Assembly: GCA_965198115.1 (NCBI GenBank)
Contig: OZ240241.1
Span: 2,144,001-2,208,000 of the forward strand
From: Candidatus Latescibacterota bacterium
GTDB lineage: Bacteria > Latescibacterota > UBA2968
DNA: 64,000 bases
Direction: 5' to 3'
In this document: piece by piece, positions 1 to 11,253 of the stretch
Layout of the letters: the number at the start of each line of letters is the position of its first letter
How positions within the stretch are numbered: the stretch's first letter is position 1
Notes under the pieces: model-generated
Databases searched by the model: none
What the model was told of the DNA's origin: nothing
What the model saw: the letters and a program-made list of their open reading frames with translations, nothing else
Made by a program: the position numbers and the translations under genes

Positions 1-1119
1 CTGTCCTTCTTCGCAGAGGGCGCCGATCATTTCCCTGTCTACGGCGACGATCCCAGGAGTCTGGCTGGCCGTAAGCCGTTCTCAGCCGTGCCCGTCACCA
101 TCGGCGACAACAAACCCGGATATCTTTACGTCATCCTCGGCGGCGAGCAATACGAATCCACATCGTCCATGGTCCAGGACAGCTACACACTCCGGAATGC
201 CGCCTGGATGCTCTCGGGCACATTCATCCTCGCTGGCGCAACGGGCCTCGTCCTCTTCCTCTGGGTAACCAACCGCTTGCGAACCGTCACGCGCACCGTT
301 CACCAGTTCTCGACCGGCGACCACGAGGCCAGGGTCGTCACGAAATCGAAGGACGAGATCGCCCAGCTTGGAACCGCGTTCAACCAGATGGCCGATACGC
401 TGGCCGAAAACATCCGTCGCCTCAAAGCCAACGACGACCTGAGACGCGAGCTCGTGGCCAACGTCTCGCACGACCTCCGCAGTCCCCTCGCCTCCATCCA
501 GGGTTACATCGAAACCCTGGCCATGAAGGACGCGGACCTCACGCCCGAAGAGCGTCAAGCTTTTCTGACCACGGTGCTCAACAACGTCACTACCCTCGGT
601 CGTCTCGTCACCGAGCTCTTCGAACTCTCACGCCTCGACGCAAAACAGATGCAGCCCCAACTCGAGCCCTTCTCCGTCGCCGAACTGGCGCAAGACGCGG
701 CTCTCAAGTTTCAGCCTCAAGCCGAAGAGCGAAGCGTCGACCTCGCTGTTGAAATCCCCGAACGGTTACCGCTTGTCTTCGGGGACGTTTCCATGATCGA
801 CCGCGCCCTTTCCAACCTGATCGAGAACGGCGTCAAATTCACGCCTGAAGGAGGCCGGGTCGCTGTCGTCCTCAACGCCGAATCGAGCGGCGTGTCCGTC
901 TCGGTGAGCGACAGCGGCGAAGGCATTCCCGCCGCGGACCTCCCTTTCATCTTCGACCGTTTCTACCGCGGAGACAAAAGCCGGAGCAAGCGCGAAGGCG
1001 GCACCGGCCTGGGACTGGCAATCGCTCAGAAGCTCATCCAGGCCCACGATAGCACGCTTTCCGTCACGAGTCAGATCAATCGCGGAACCACGTTCTCGTT
1101 CAGTCTATCGGCTGCCTAG
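1..1119 (+). CDS. Sensor histidine kinase (TM-HAMP-HisKA-HATPase), 5' end outside window
   Basis: Frame open from base 1; H-box NVSHDLRSPL, N-box NLIENGVKF, G-boxes DSGEGI and GGTGLGL; periplasmic GDDPRS..RKPFSA motif. Confidence 0.93.
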   Translation: MSFFAEGADHFPVYGDDPRSLAGRKPFSAVPVTIGDNKPGYLYVILGGEQYESTSSMVQDSYTLRNAAWMLSGTFILAGATGLVLFLWVTNRLRTVTRTVHQFSTGDHEARVVTKSKDEIAQLGTAFNQMADTLAENIRRLKANDDLRRELVANVSHDLRSPLASIQGYIETLAMKDADLTPEERQAFLTTVLNNVTTLGRLVTELFELSRLDAKQMQPQLEPFSVAELAQDAALKFQPQAEERSVDLAVEIPERLPLVFGDVSMIDRALSNLIENGVKFTPEGGRVAVVLNAESSGVSVSVSDSGEGIPAADLPFIFDRFYRGDKSRSKREGGTGLGLAIAQKLIQAHDSTLSVTSQINRGTTFSFSLSAA

Positions 1120-1412
1120 AGACCGTGGGCGGTCACACAATGTCCGCCATCCTTACCCTGCACGATCGCACCACCGCCGACTCCGATCAGGTTTCCATCG
1201 CTTTCCGGTCAACGGTTCACGGAAGACAACCCACGCTACCACCTTTGCAGAACCTTCTCCCAAGCACAGGGCTCTTCTCCCCAGGCACCGAAGTAGCACC
1301 ACACTCTTTTACACCTTTCGCAATACTTTCGTGACACATTCCGGGCCTCAATCGCCCTCCTTTGAGGATGTCCATAGTCGAAGTCGGGATCATTCCTCCA
1401 AGGAGGCAAAGC

Positions 1413-3110
1413 ATGCGCAGGACTATTGAGATTCGCCCTGGCGGCGGGCCTCGTGATCGGGTGCGGTGAAGGCCGGGTCGATTCGCCCAACACCAGCAGC
1501 GGGCCCCTGACCAAACAGGCTGTGCCATCTCAGCCGCGCACCGTCGTCCTCGCGACCGTCACAGGCGCATCGTCGGCCGAGGGGCTCACGGTTTCATTCA
1601 GTTCTTCCGTATCAGGGCGCAACTCGAACTATCGATGGTCCGGCACGACCGATGCCAACGGGACCGCAGAAATCGAGATCGTCTCGGGCAGTCGCCGTGG
1701 TGCATCCGGTTACTACGCGGCACGTGCCACGGACGATGCCGGCACCGAAGTCGGGTCGTGGACGAGCATTCCTATCAACGCGGGTCGCGAGAACATCCTG
1801 ACGCTTCCCGTCGGCAGCCGCGCGAGTGTGTCGGCTGGTGACGCACTCACGCCCAAAACCGTGTTCACCGTCCGAATCGACAACGCGTCGCGTGCCTGGG
1901 ATTTCGCCGCGTCAGGCGTCTTCAACACGCCGACCGGTGCTTCCGGACCTGGCCCTCTCACGCCGGGCAACACGTATGAGTTCGATTTCACGGCCGCCCC
2001 GGGTAGCTTCCTCTCGTTCGTGACCATGTTCGTCCCTTCCAACGACTTCTTCTACGCGCCGAGCCCAGACGGCATCGCGCTCTGGGAGGACGGGTCGCAA
2101 ATCTCGGGTGACATCACCTCGCAGATCCAGCTATGGGACGGCGGTTCCGAGGTCGACCAGGAACCAGGAACCAGACCGGACCAGGCACAGCGTCAATCGG
2201 GTCCCGACGTCGGGGCAGCCGACGCCGACGCGACCGTTCGTTTGGCCGCGGACACCTTCTCGAACCTTCCTGCGGTGGCTGACGTCATTCAAGTCACCAT
2301 CACACCCACGTCCGACACCGGCTTCCACGTCAGCATCGAAAACGTCTCGACGGATGCGACGCTCAGCACGGCCGACGGCGCGACGCAGCTCGTGCCTCTC
2401 GCACCTGGAGTCTACGTCGTCCACAGCGGCCCTGCCCCATTGTTCGATGACGGGGTCGAGGACTCTGGCACCGGGCTCGCAGCAATGGCCGAGGATGGGG
2501 ATCCTGGCGCGCTGGCCGACTACGTCGGTGGCAAAACGGGACTAACGGTTCCACACTCACCCGGCGTATGGGTCGTCCACACAGGGACGGACCCCATCTT
2601 CACAGCAGGGCAGGCGGATCGCGGAGAAGGTCTGGAGGCCATCGCCGAGGACGGCGGACCTCTCACACTCGCCGATGCGCTTTCTGGTGGAACCGGAATC
2701 CAATCGAGCGGAGCGTTCAACACCCCCGTTGGCTCCGCGGGTCCGGGTCCCATCGGTCCGGGTGGCGCTTACACCTTCAGCTTTTCGGCCGAGCCGGGTG
2801 ACCGGCTTTCATTCGCAAACATGTTCGTGCCCTCGAACGACTTCTTCTTCGGGCCGGATGGCGATGGCATCGACCTCTTCCCCTCAGGGTCGGCATCCGC
2901 ATCCGGGACGTGACGGGCCAGATTGCCATCTGGGATGCAGGAACGGAGACCGATCAGGAACCCGGCACCGGTCTCGACCAGGTCCAGCGCCAGTCCGGGC
3001 CGGATACCGGTGCGGCCGATCCGGATGCGACCGTTCGACTCGCCCCGGACACGTTTGGCAACCTCCCGGCCGTCGAAGACGTCATTCGCGTGACGATGAC
3101 ATCGCGATAA
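1413..3110 (+). pseudogene. Spondin_N-domain lipoprotein with two internal repeats, frameshifted twice
   Basis: SD AGGAGG (1401) and ATG 1413 are out of frame with ORF 1426 (lipobox LVIGC); repeated SGxFNTP..MFVPSNDFF..WDxGxE motifs; second shift at ~2907 (GGG run one short) continues as ORF 2910-3110. Confidence 0.8.
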
Positions 3111-3143
3111 CGGAATCGTCAACCATGTGCCTGGTGCAGGGCA

Positions 3144-3180
3144 GCGGTCACGGATCTTCGAGGTCCGTGACCGCTTTTTT
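3144..3180 (+). terminator. Rho-independent terminator
   Basis: GCGGTCACGGA..TCCGTGACCGC followed by T6. Confidence 0.85.
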
Positions 3181-3282
3181 ACGAGCACCAACGTGATCTG
3201 GAACACGGACACGGTTGGTAGCAGCAACTACCCTAGGCAGCGAGCGTAGATATCCAACTCGGCCAGAGGATTCCGCACGACA

Positions 3283-5208
3283 ATGGCTTATCCCGAATTC
3301 CACTACAGATGGACCTGGAAGCTGCGACACACGCCTGCGGAGCTGTGGCCCTACGTCGCCGACACCAATCGGTTCAACCACGACACCGGGCTCCCGTGTG
3401 TGGATTGCCATCCGCTTCCCAAGGAGGAATCTGTCAATGCCCGGCGTAAGCTGAGCTTTCGCCGTATGGGAGTTCTCGTCGAATGGACGGAGGAACCTTT
3501 CGAGTGGGTCGCGCCTCGCAGATTCGGCGTCGTCAGACGATACAATCGCGGGCCCATCGAGCGCATGCGAATCGTCGCCGAACTAGAGCCATTCGCGGGC
3601 GGCACGCGATTGTTCTACCAAGTGTGGGCTCGCCCGGCGAATCTCATCGGCTTGCTCTCGATCCCAATCCAGATCGGCAGGGTGAGTGCCAAAGCGTTCG
3701 GCCGCGTCTTCGAGCGCTACGACGACCTCATCGACGAGGAGCGAACAGAGACAAGGTCCCAGATCCACGATTTCGTACCCGGGGGAATCAGACGCCTGAA
3801 GAGACTACGCGAGGAATTGGTCGATGCTGGCGGCGACGAGAACCTGATATCGTGTTTGGCCGACGTCCTGACCGAACGTCCCGACGTCGACGTGTCGAAA
3901 ATGCGACCTTACGTCTTCGCAGATGAATGGGACCAGCCTCGACGCAAGGTTCTCGACCTCTTCCTCCTGTCCACGCGTCTCGGCCTTCTCGACATGTCCT
4001 GGGACATCCTCTGCCCACTCTGCCGGGGCACAAAGGAGAGCGCCCAGAATCTCGCCGGCATTCTGCCCCAGGTCCATTGCGACACGTGCAACATCGATTT
4101 TGAAGCCGATTTCGACCGATCCGTAGAACTCACCTTCCGACCAGGCAGTACGATCCGTGAAGTCGGAGGAACGGACTATTGCGTCGCCGGTCCGCGCGTC
4201 ACGCCGCACGTCGTCGTCCAGCAGCTGCTCGCACCAGGCGATTCGCGGACCGTCGAGCCCGAACTCGACGAGGGACGTCATCGCCTTCGCACGCTGAAAT
4301 TGCCCGGTGGCCGTTACGTGGACGTCTCCGACACTGGCCAGCGCACGCTCGACGTGTCCGGCACAGCCGATGGCTGGTCACAGGAGGATGTGGCCGTGAA
4401 CACCCGGCCAGCACTGAAACTCCGCAACGAAACGGTTGACGAACAACTCTTCATCCTCGAGCGTGTGGCCTGGATGGACACTGCCGCGACCGCTGCCGAG
4501 GTGACGACGCTCCAGCGCTATCGCGACCTCTTCTCCAGCGAGGCCCTCCGACCCGGGCAGCGCATCGCCGTCGGCAACCTGGCCATTCTTTTTACGGACC
4601 TTTGCGACTCGACGCGAATGTATCGCGAAATCGGGGACGCCCCCGCGTTCGGTCTGGTGATGGAACACTTCGATATCCTGCGCGAGGCCATCGCCTGCGA
4701 AGGTGGCGGCATCGTCAAAACGATCGGCGACGCCGTGATGGCGGCGTTCCGCGAACCCGGCGCAGCGCTTCGAGCCGCGCTCCGAATCCAGGACACCTTC
4801 GCGCGCCACGAGGGCTTCGAACGGCCTGTCTCCCCCAAAGCCGGACTTCACTATGGCGCCTGCATTGCCGTAACCCTCAACGACCGTCTCGACTACTTCG
4901 GCTCTGCAGTCAACATCACTTCCCGTCTAGAGCACCTCTCCGAAGGTGGAATCATCGTCGTGTCCGAGGACGTCATTCGCGACCCGGAGGTCCAGGACCT
5001 GCTTGATACTTCAACCGAAATGCTTCGCATCGAGCCTTTTACCACCGATCTCAAAGGATTCGACGATGCATTCAACCTCTGGCGCATCGGACATCGGTCT
5101 GCCGACGAAACAGAACAGGCGACTCATCGTAATGAATCGCCTCGCGCTCTCCCGTTCGCCAGTTCCACGGCTCCCACTCCCCCTTTTGGGCAAAGCCGTC
5201 GCTACTGA
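3283..5208 (+). CDS. Class III adenylate/guanylate cyclase with SRPBCC-like N-terminus and DUF5939-type CxxC..CxxC region
   Basis: FTDLCDST, VKTIGDAVMA and DYFGSAVNITSRL catalytic motifs; CPLC/CDTC. Confidence 0.88.
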   Translation: MAYPEFHYRWTWKLRHTPAELWPYVADTNRFNHDTGLPCVDCHPLPKEESVNARRKLSFRRMGVLVEWTEEPFEWVAPRRFGVVRRYNRGPIERMRIVAELEPFAGGTRLFYQVWARPANLIGLLSIPIQIGRVSAKAFGRVFERYDDLIDEERTETRSQIHDFVPGGIRRLKRLREELVDAGGDENLISCLADVLTERPDVDVSKMRPYVFADEWDQPRRKVLDLFLLSTRLGLLDMSWDILCPLCRGTKESAQNLAGILPQVHCDTCNIDFEADFDRSVELTFRPGSTIREVGGTDYCVAGPRVTPHVVVQQLLAPGDSRTVEPELDEGRHRLRTLKLPGGRYVDVSDTGQRTLDVSGTADGWSQEDVAVNTRPALKLRNETVDEQLFILERVAWMDTAATAAEVTTLQRYRDLFSSEALRPGQRIAVGNLAILFTDLCDSTRMYREIGDAPAFGLVMEHFDILREAIACEGGGIVKTIGDAVMAAFREPGAALRAALRIQDTFARHEGFERPVSPKAGLHYGACIAVTLNDRLDYFGSAVNITSRLEHLSEGGIIVVSEDVIRDPEVQDLLDTSTEMLRIEPFTTDLKGFDDAFNLWRIGHRSADETEQATHRNESPRALPFASSTAPTPPFGQSRRY

Positions 5209-5234
5209 CCTCTGTCTTCTGGCCTCTGCTTCCG

Positions 5235-6083
5235 TCAACCGTCCACAGTCTCCCCTCCATACCCCTCAACCACTTCATTCAGTCTATCCGGATAATTCGT
5301 AATGATCCCCCCCACCCCCATCTCGATCATCTCTCGCATCTCCTCCGGTTCATCCACCGTGTAAACCCAGAAACCCATCGCACGACTCAGAAACATCTGC
5401 ACCAGATCGGGCGTCGCCGCAGTGTACCGGAGTGCCAGGGCATTCGCCCCCAGTTTCAGCACCCGTTTAACCACCCCCGTTCTGCGGCGAAGATTGGCTT
5501 CGCTCCCCGTCATCAGGAAGGCAGTCGGAATCCGCCTGTCCAAACGGTTGATACTTCGCACCGCGGGACCCAGGAACGACTGCATCACCACGCGGGACTG
5601 TGCACGCATCGATCGAATGATCGTGACCGCCCTTTCAGCCGCCTCTTCCGTCTTCGCTTCGATCAGCAAGAGCGCGCGCCAGCCGACAAGATCCAGGACC
5701 TCCTGAAGGGTCGGCACGCGCTCTCCGGCAAATTCACGCGTGAACCAGCTTCCCGCATCCAGTCGCTTCAGCTCAGCGAGCGTCATCTGATCGACGGGTC
5801 CCGATCCGTTCGTCGTCCGATCGACAGTACGGTCGTGGATGACGACTACCTCGCCGTCGGCGGTCAGGTGAACGTCGATCTCCACCGCGTCGACGCCGAT
5901 TTCGATCGCCTTCTCGATCGCCGTCAGCGTGTTCTCTGGGGCGAGTCCATCCCCGGAAGCGCCACGATGGGCGATCCGCATGACTGGAGGCAACGGAGCG
6001 CCGGTCCCCGAGTCTCGGATCCGTCTAAAAGCAGTCTTGATCCGTCGCCGGCGTCGTTTTTTTGTTTTACGCGAAATCTGCAT
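5235..6083 (-). CDS. Glycerophosphodiester phosphodiesterase
   Basis: IAHRGASG..APENTL, EIDVHLTADG, VVIHD, GIITNYPD. Confidence 0.92.
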   Translation of the reverse strand: MQISRKTKKRRRRRIKTAFRRIRDSGTGAPLPPVMRIAHRGASGDGLAPENTLTAIEKAIEIGVDAVEIDVHLTADGEVVVIHDRTVDRTTNGSGPVDQMTLAELKRLDAGSWFTREFAGERVPTLQEVLDLVGWRALLLIEAKTEEAAERAVTIIRSMRAQSRVVMQSFLGPAVRSINRLDRRIPTAFLMTGSEANLRRRTGVVKRVLKLGANALALRYTAATPDLVQMFLSRAMGFWVYTVDEPEEMREMIEMGVGGIITNYPDRLNEVVEGYGGETVDG

Positions 6084-6331
6084 TCGTTATCGATCAATGA
6101 GGACCAGAGAGTCCGTTCAGGGTCGCCAATTTGGGCCCGTCCACGCCGGGTCCGCAAACGGATTTCTCGCGCCAAACACCCGATCAACCACCCCTGGACC
6201 CCAAGACTCATATATGTTCAACATCCGACATTGGGCGTCGATGTTCGACATTCAATCCTTGCGCTTTTTTTCTCAGGCTCTGAGCAAAATCGCCGATAAC
6301 TTCAAGTGTGGGAACCATTTCGGGATTTATC

Positions 6332-6360
6332 TTGACCCCGATTCTGGCTTCGCGTATAGT
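6332..6360 (+). promoter_or_regulatory. Sigma70-type promoter of tRNA-Asn
   Basis: TTGACC-17 nt-TATAGT, 23 nt upstream of the tRNA. Confidence 0.7.
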
Positions 6361-6383
6361 TTCATCCACTGGATTCAAGGCAT

Positions 6384-6459
6384 TCCGGCGTAGCTCAGTC
6401 GGCAGAGCAGGTGGCTGTTAACCACCGTGTCGCAGGTTCGAGTCCTGCCGCCGGAGCCA
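6384..6459 (+). tRNA. tRNA-Asn(GTT)
   Basis: Acceptor stem TCCGGCG/CGCCGGA, anticodon arm GGTGG-CTGTTAA-CCACC, GGTTCGAGTCC T-arm, encoded CCA; 76 nt. Confidence 0.97.
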
Positions 6460-6587
6460 GTTAGAACGTCCGACTGAAACGAGCCTGGTGTGGTTAACAC
6501 TTCGGTCGGATCATCGAAGATCTCCAGGCATAACTCCTGAGATTTCCACACGATTTGGTTGATGTGGAGTCTCAGGAGTTCTTTTTG

Positions 6588-8007
6588 GGCTATATCCGGA
6601 TCTCTCAACGAGATGAAGTGGGTGAAGGTGCCGTGGTTCCTGGCATGGGGGCGCGGTTAGAGTGTGCGGAACCTCTTCGGAATCTGCTCAGGGATGTTTA
6701 TGTCTCCGACGGTAAGGAAGATCATATCGTTGAATGCGTCGAGTGTGCGGAATCCGCTGGCTCGGTTCTTGACGATTTGGACGATTCGGTTGAGGCCTTC
6801 GGCGATGGCGTTGGTAAGACGCGTGTTCACGAATGCGAGGACGCCGAAGAAGTGCTGTCGCAGGGTCCTGACGAACTTTCGCAGGGGTTCACGTCGACTT
6901 CTGAGTGCGGACGTCGTCCAGCATTTCAGGAAGCGTTCGGCAGCCCAGGGCGCTTTGTATTCCCAGAACTGCTCGAACTCGTCCTTGAGTCTCCAGGCTC
7001 TATAGATTCGGTAGTTCGCCTTCTCCAGTGCTTTGAGTGTCCGAGTATCCCCTCTGGAGCGTGTCGCTGAGTGCCGGTAGAGGAGCCATCGGAGGCCCTT
7101 CATGGCTTTGCGCTCATCCGGGGCAGCTTTACGCCACTGGTCCTTACGGACCTCGTCAACGGCGGCATTGAGAGCCTTGACGATGTGAAAGCGATCGAGG
7201 ACCAGCTTGGCATTCGGACAGTGTTCCTGGATGGCTCCGATGTAAGCTTCGCTCATGTCGCAGCAGGCCCACTCGATCTTGGATCTCCGGTAGGGACTGA
7301 GAGCCTCTGTGAAGAACCGATCGATCGTTTTACGCGCCCTGCCGCGGCCAACCCACACCACGCAGGAGCGGTCCAGATCGTAAACGAGCGTGGCGTACCT
7401 GTGACGCTTGGCGTAGGAGATCTCGTCGATCCCGATGGTTTTGAGCCCTCGGATACGATGACCTTCACGAAGCCGCGTGATGGATCGGTGAAGGAGATCC
7501 GACAGCGTCGAGGCAGAGATGCGCAGTAACTCGGACGCCGCCTTCTGCGTCATGGTCTGGCAGTAGCGCAGCATGGCATACTCGAAGCGATACGTCACCC
7601 GAGAGAACCGCTCCGCCCACGGAATCTCCTCGACCACACGACCGTGGGTAGGACACCGAATCTCCCGAGGATGGTAGAGAAGCCAGACCCTCCACCCGCA
7701 CACCGGAATGTCACGCCACCGACGCGGATGGGGCATTGTGCGGACGATTTTACCTCGACGGCCGCACTCCGGACAACAACAACCATTCTTATGTGGCTTT
7801 ACGGCGATGACGAAACAGCTTCTCCCCTCAAACCACCAGCTGACAACACGGAACCCCTTGAATCTCAGCAGTTTCGATAGTAATCTGCTCCCGGTCATAG
7901 GTCGCACCCCCTTCGCTTTGATTGTCCTACACACACAACCAAGCGTAGGGAACGATCTATGACCTTGTCATTCTATAGTTTCACCGTTGAGAAACCCGGA
8001 TAGAGCC
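6588..8007 (-). mobile_element. ISL3-family element copy 1 (1420 bp; intact 425-aa transposase 6657-7934)
   Basis: IRs GGCTCTATCCGGGTTTCTCAACG / GGCTATATCCGGATCTCTCAACG; TSD TCTTTTTG; zinc finger, GIDE, CCDM, DRFH and AEGLN motifs. Confidence 0.95.
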
Positions 8008-8507
8008 TCTTTTTGTTCCTCGGGTGTTGCTGCCCCGTAGATGTCGCTGAATCCCTCGAGAGTCGTCTTCAGCCTGACCGCATCCGCGACCTTTGTCTTC
8101 AAAAGCATCCTCTCCCGCCTTGCCTCATCGATCTCCATCTGGATTCCATCCTTCTGCTCTTCCAGCTCAACGAGTTTCTCTCCAATTGCCTTGATCTCGG
8201 CTCCGCCTTCTGCAAGCGCGACCACAAGTCGACCGATCTGCTCCTGAAGTATTTTCTTCCGCTGAGTGAGCCGACTCAGGGCATCGTCCAGCCCCTGAAC
8301 TTTGGCGCTAGACCACAGGTTGGTGCTGCAAACCAACGACCTGATTAACGCATCGTCTTCCTTCACCTGCTCAAGCCTGCGAGCCACAACGTCTTCCAAC
8401 GCCCCGGCCGAATCTGGTTTCATTGAGACAGCTTCACGCAACGACGAGCCCCTCTCTCACACTCAAGAAAGTGGGCTTCACTTTAATGATTTCCGGTGAC
8501 ATCGTTG

Positions 8508-9853
8508 GAGTTCAGGTCAATAGGTGTGTAAAAGAAATCAGGCGGCCATCTTCCCGGCTTCGACCTGCGGTCCGGTTGAGTGTTTCTGATCGTAGACTTG
8601 TTGTAGCAAGTGTGGCGCGGTGAGTTTCCTGAATCGGCTCTCTGCGACCTTGAGCGTACGCCAGATGAGAGTCGTGGCGTTCCTGACTTTCTTGAATCGC
8701 CTGGCGGCGTTTGTGCGAAGCCGAACGGAAGCAAAGGGGCTCTCGACGACGTTCGTGGTTCTCAGGTGTTTCCAGTGTTCCTTCGGGAAGTCGTAGAACG
8801 TGACCATCCGATCCCAGTCTCTTTCGAGCGTCTCCACGGCGGCAGGGAACTGTGAGCGATACCGTGCGGCAAAGCGTTTCCGGAGCTTCTCGGCCTCCTT
8901 TTTCGTGCCGGCATAGGGGATCTGGACGAGCAGTGCGCGGGCTTCAGCCTGTGCACGCTTGGCGACCTTGTCGAGCACGTTGAGGATCTTGTGGTTCCAG
9001 CACCGTTGTTGCCGGCTCTCTGGCCAGACCTGATCAACGGCCGCCCAGATGCCCATATTCCCGTCCGCGGCGATCAGGACAGGATGTTCGAGCCCGCGAT
9101 CCCGGAGATCCCGGAGCACCGTGAGCCAGGATTCTGTAGACTCTCGATAACCGGGTTCTATCGCCAGGATCTCCTTGCTGCCGTCGCTCATCGCGCCGAT
9201 CACGACCAGCAGACACGCCTTCTCGCGCTCGAGCCCGGCTTTGACGTAGATGCCATCAGCCCAGGCGTAGACCAGTTCGCGATTATCCAGACGCCTTTCT
9301 TTCCAGTCCTGGAAGTCGACCTCCCACTTCCCTCGAAGACGAGCGATCGAGGTCGGCGAAAGCGGCGCGCCATCACCGAGCAGCGCACGCAAAGACAACT
9401 CGAAGTCGCCCTGGGAGAGACCGTGGAGATAAAGGTCGGGAAGCAGATCTCCAATGGCCCTGGTTCTCCGGGCGAACAGGGGGAGGATGCGGCTTTCAAA
9501 CCGCTCTTCCAGACCACGAACCCGGGGACGCCGGACCTTGATCGTTCCGCAGCTCGTCGAGAGACGCCGGGGCTTGCCGTAGCCGTTCCTGTAGCCCGTG
9601 GAGCTATCGACCTCGGCTCGGCGCTCATACCACGACCGGCCCAAGAACGCGGTCGCCTCCTCCTCCAGAATGGACTGGAACCGGCTCTGGATCTCTTCAC
9701 GGATCCAATCGTCAACCGTCTCCCACGTCGGCATGGACTTCAATGGGGTTCTATGCGTATGTTCCTTCACGGCGATCCTCCTTCCCAACCGGGCCTCTCA
9801 CCCGGTTTTGTGTGAATCAACTATCTCACGGGAAGGGTAGGGTCGCCCTTTCT
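8508..9853 (-). mobile_element. IS256-family element A copy 1 (transposase 8538-9788), left IR disrupted
   Basis: YRNGYG, WADGIY, QRCWNH, RTTNVVES; near-identical to 31683-33056 but homology stops about 28 bp short of the left end. Confidence 0.92.
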
Positions 9854-9855
9854 AT

Positions 9856-11243
9856 GGTGTTGTGCCTATCGTAGTTGAAACTTAGAGGGCTCCAAACTTA
9901 CGTTGGGTAGACGTGTAGGAGCGTATACCCGTAAGAAAGGAGCCCAGATGGAGAAGCTATTTGTAGGCGATGGTGAAGTCAAGGTTGAGGGCGATGTCAT
10001 CGATTTGGAGACGCGTTTGTCGGTGATCCAGGCGTTGATCCCGTTGGGTCTGGAGGCAGTGGCAGACCTCCTCCAGCAGGAGGTCGAGCAGCTCGCAGGC
10101 GTTCGGTATGCGCGCAAAGGTTCGGAGCAGGCGCATCGTCGGTGGGGAAGCCAGAAGGGATCCGTGTATCTGATGGACCAGAAGCTCCCGTTAGACGTTC
10201 CCCGGGTGCGCGACGTCGAGACCGACGCAGAGGTTTCCCTGGCTGCATACCGGGCTCTACAGACGCCCAAGAAGACGGACGAGGGGCTGTTGCTTCGTGT
10301 TCTCAAGGGGATCTCGTGCCGCAACTACAAGGCCTGTGCCGAATCGGTTCCAGAAGCGTTTGGTATCTCAGCGTCCTCCGTCTCGCGGCGGTTCATCAAA
10401 GCCACCGCGAAGAAGCGGAAGCAGTTCCAGGAGCGTCCCCTCGACGACTACGGCTTCGTGACCCTGTTCATTGACGGAAAGAGCTTTGCCGACGAAGAGA
10501 TCGTGATCGCTCCGGGGGTCACGATGGACGGCCAGAAGATCCCCCTGGGCTTCGTCGAATCGGCGACGGAGAACGAACGGATCTGCCGCCAGCTGATCCA
10601 GGACCTCATCCGGAGAGGCCTGTGCTACGACCAGGGCCTTCTCGTTGTGCTTGACGGCTCAAAGGGACTCCGCAGTGCTGTCACCAAAGCCCTCAAAGGG
10701 TATGTGCGCGTGCATCGCTGTCAGTGGCACAAGCGCGAGAATGTCGTCAGCTATCTCCCGGAGAGGGAACGTCCAAGAGTTCGACGGAAGCTCCAGAAAG
10801 CCTATGACTGCGACACCTACGAGGAGGCAAAGGCCGCACTCGAATCACTTAAACCCGAACTGAAGCTGATGAATCAGTCTGCCGTAACGAGCCTCGAGGA
10901 AGGCCTGGAGGAAACCCTGACCCTCCACCGGCTGGGTATGCTCCCATTCCTGAAACGAAGCTTCCGAACCACCAACTGCATCGAAGCCCTCAACAGCAGG
11001 ACCGGCGAGCTCACTCGGAAGGTCAGACGCTGGAACAACTCTCCCCAGAGACACAGATGGGTGGCTGCCGCACTCCTCGACATCGAACCTCGCCTGCGAC
11101 GCGTGAGCGGATACAAACATCTTCCCCTACTCAGGCAAGCACTGAACAAAAATCTGAATCTCGACAACGAACAGAATGCTCAAAAGAGAGCCTGACCAAA
11201 CTACGGGGCCCGATGAGTTTTCAACTGACTATGGGACTTGACC
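9856..11243 (+). mobile_element. IS256-family element B (transposase ~9948-11195)
   Basis: FIDGK, VLDG, HRCQWHK, TTNCIE; imperfect IRs GGT..AGTTGAAA; no TSD seen. Confidence 0.88.
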
Positions 11244-11253
11244 TTTTTCACAC

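Larger units (their letters stand above)
6375..8441 (-). pseudogene. C-terminal remnant of a probable large serine recombinase, split by ISL3 and truncated upstream
   Basis: Coiled-coil followed by PEEQKE|LLRLHINQIVW rejoins in frame across the 8-bp TSD; points into the tRNA 3' end; no catalytic N-terminus seen. Confidence 0.55.

Noticed and set aside
6440-6459. Second att site (duplicate of the tRNA-Asn 3' end)
   Set aside because: Not found by eye in this window, so the island boundary cannot be called
7071-7962. Small antisense ORFs recurring in every ISL3 copy
   Set aside because: They recur only because the element is duplicated; no independent coding evidence
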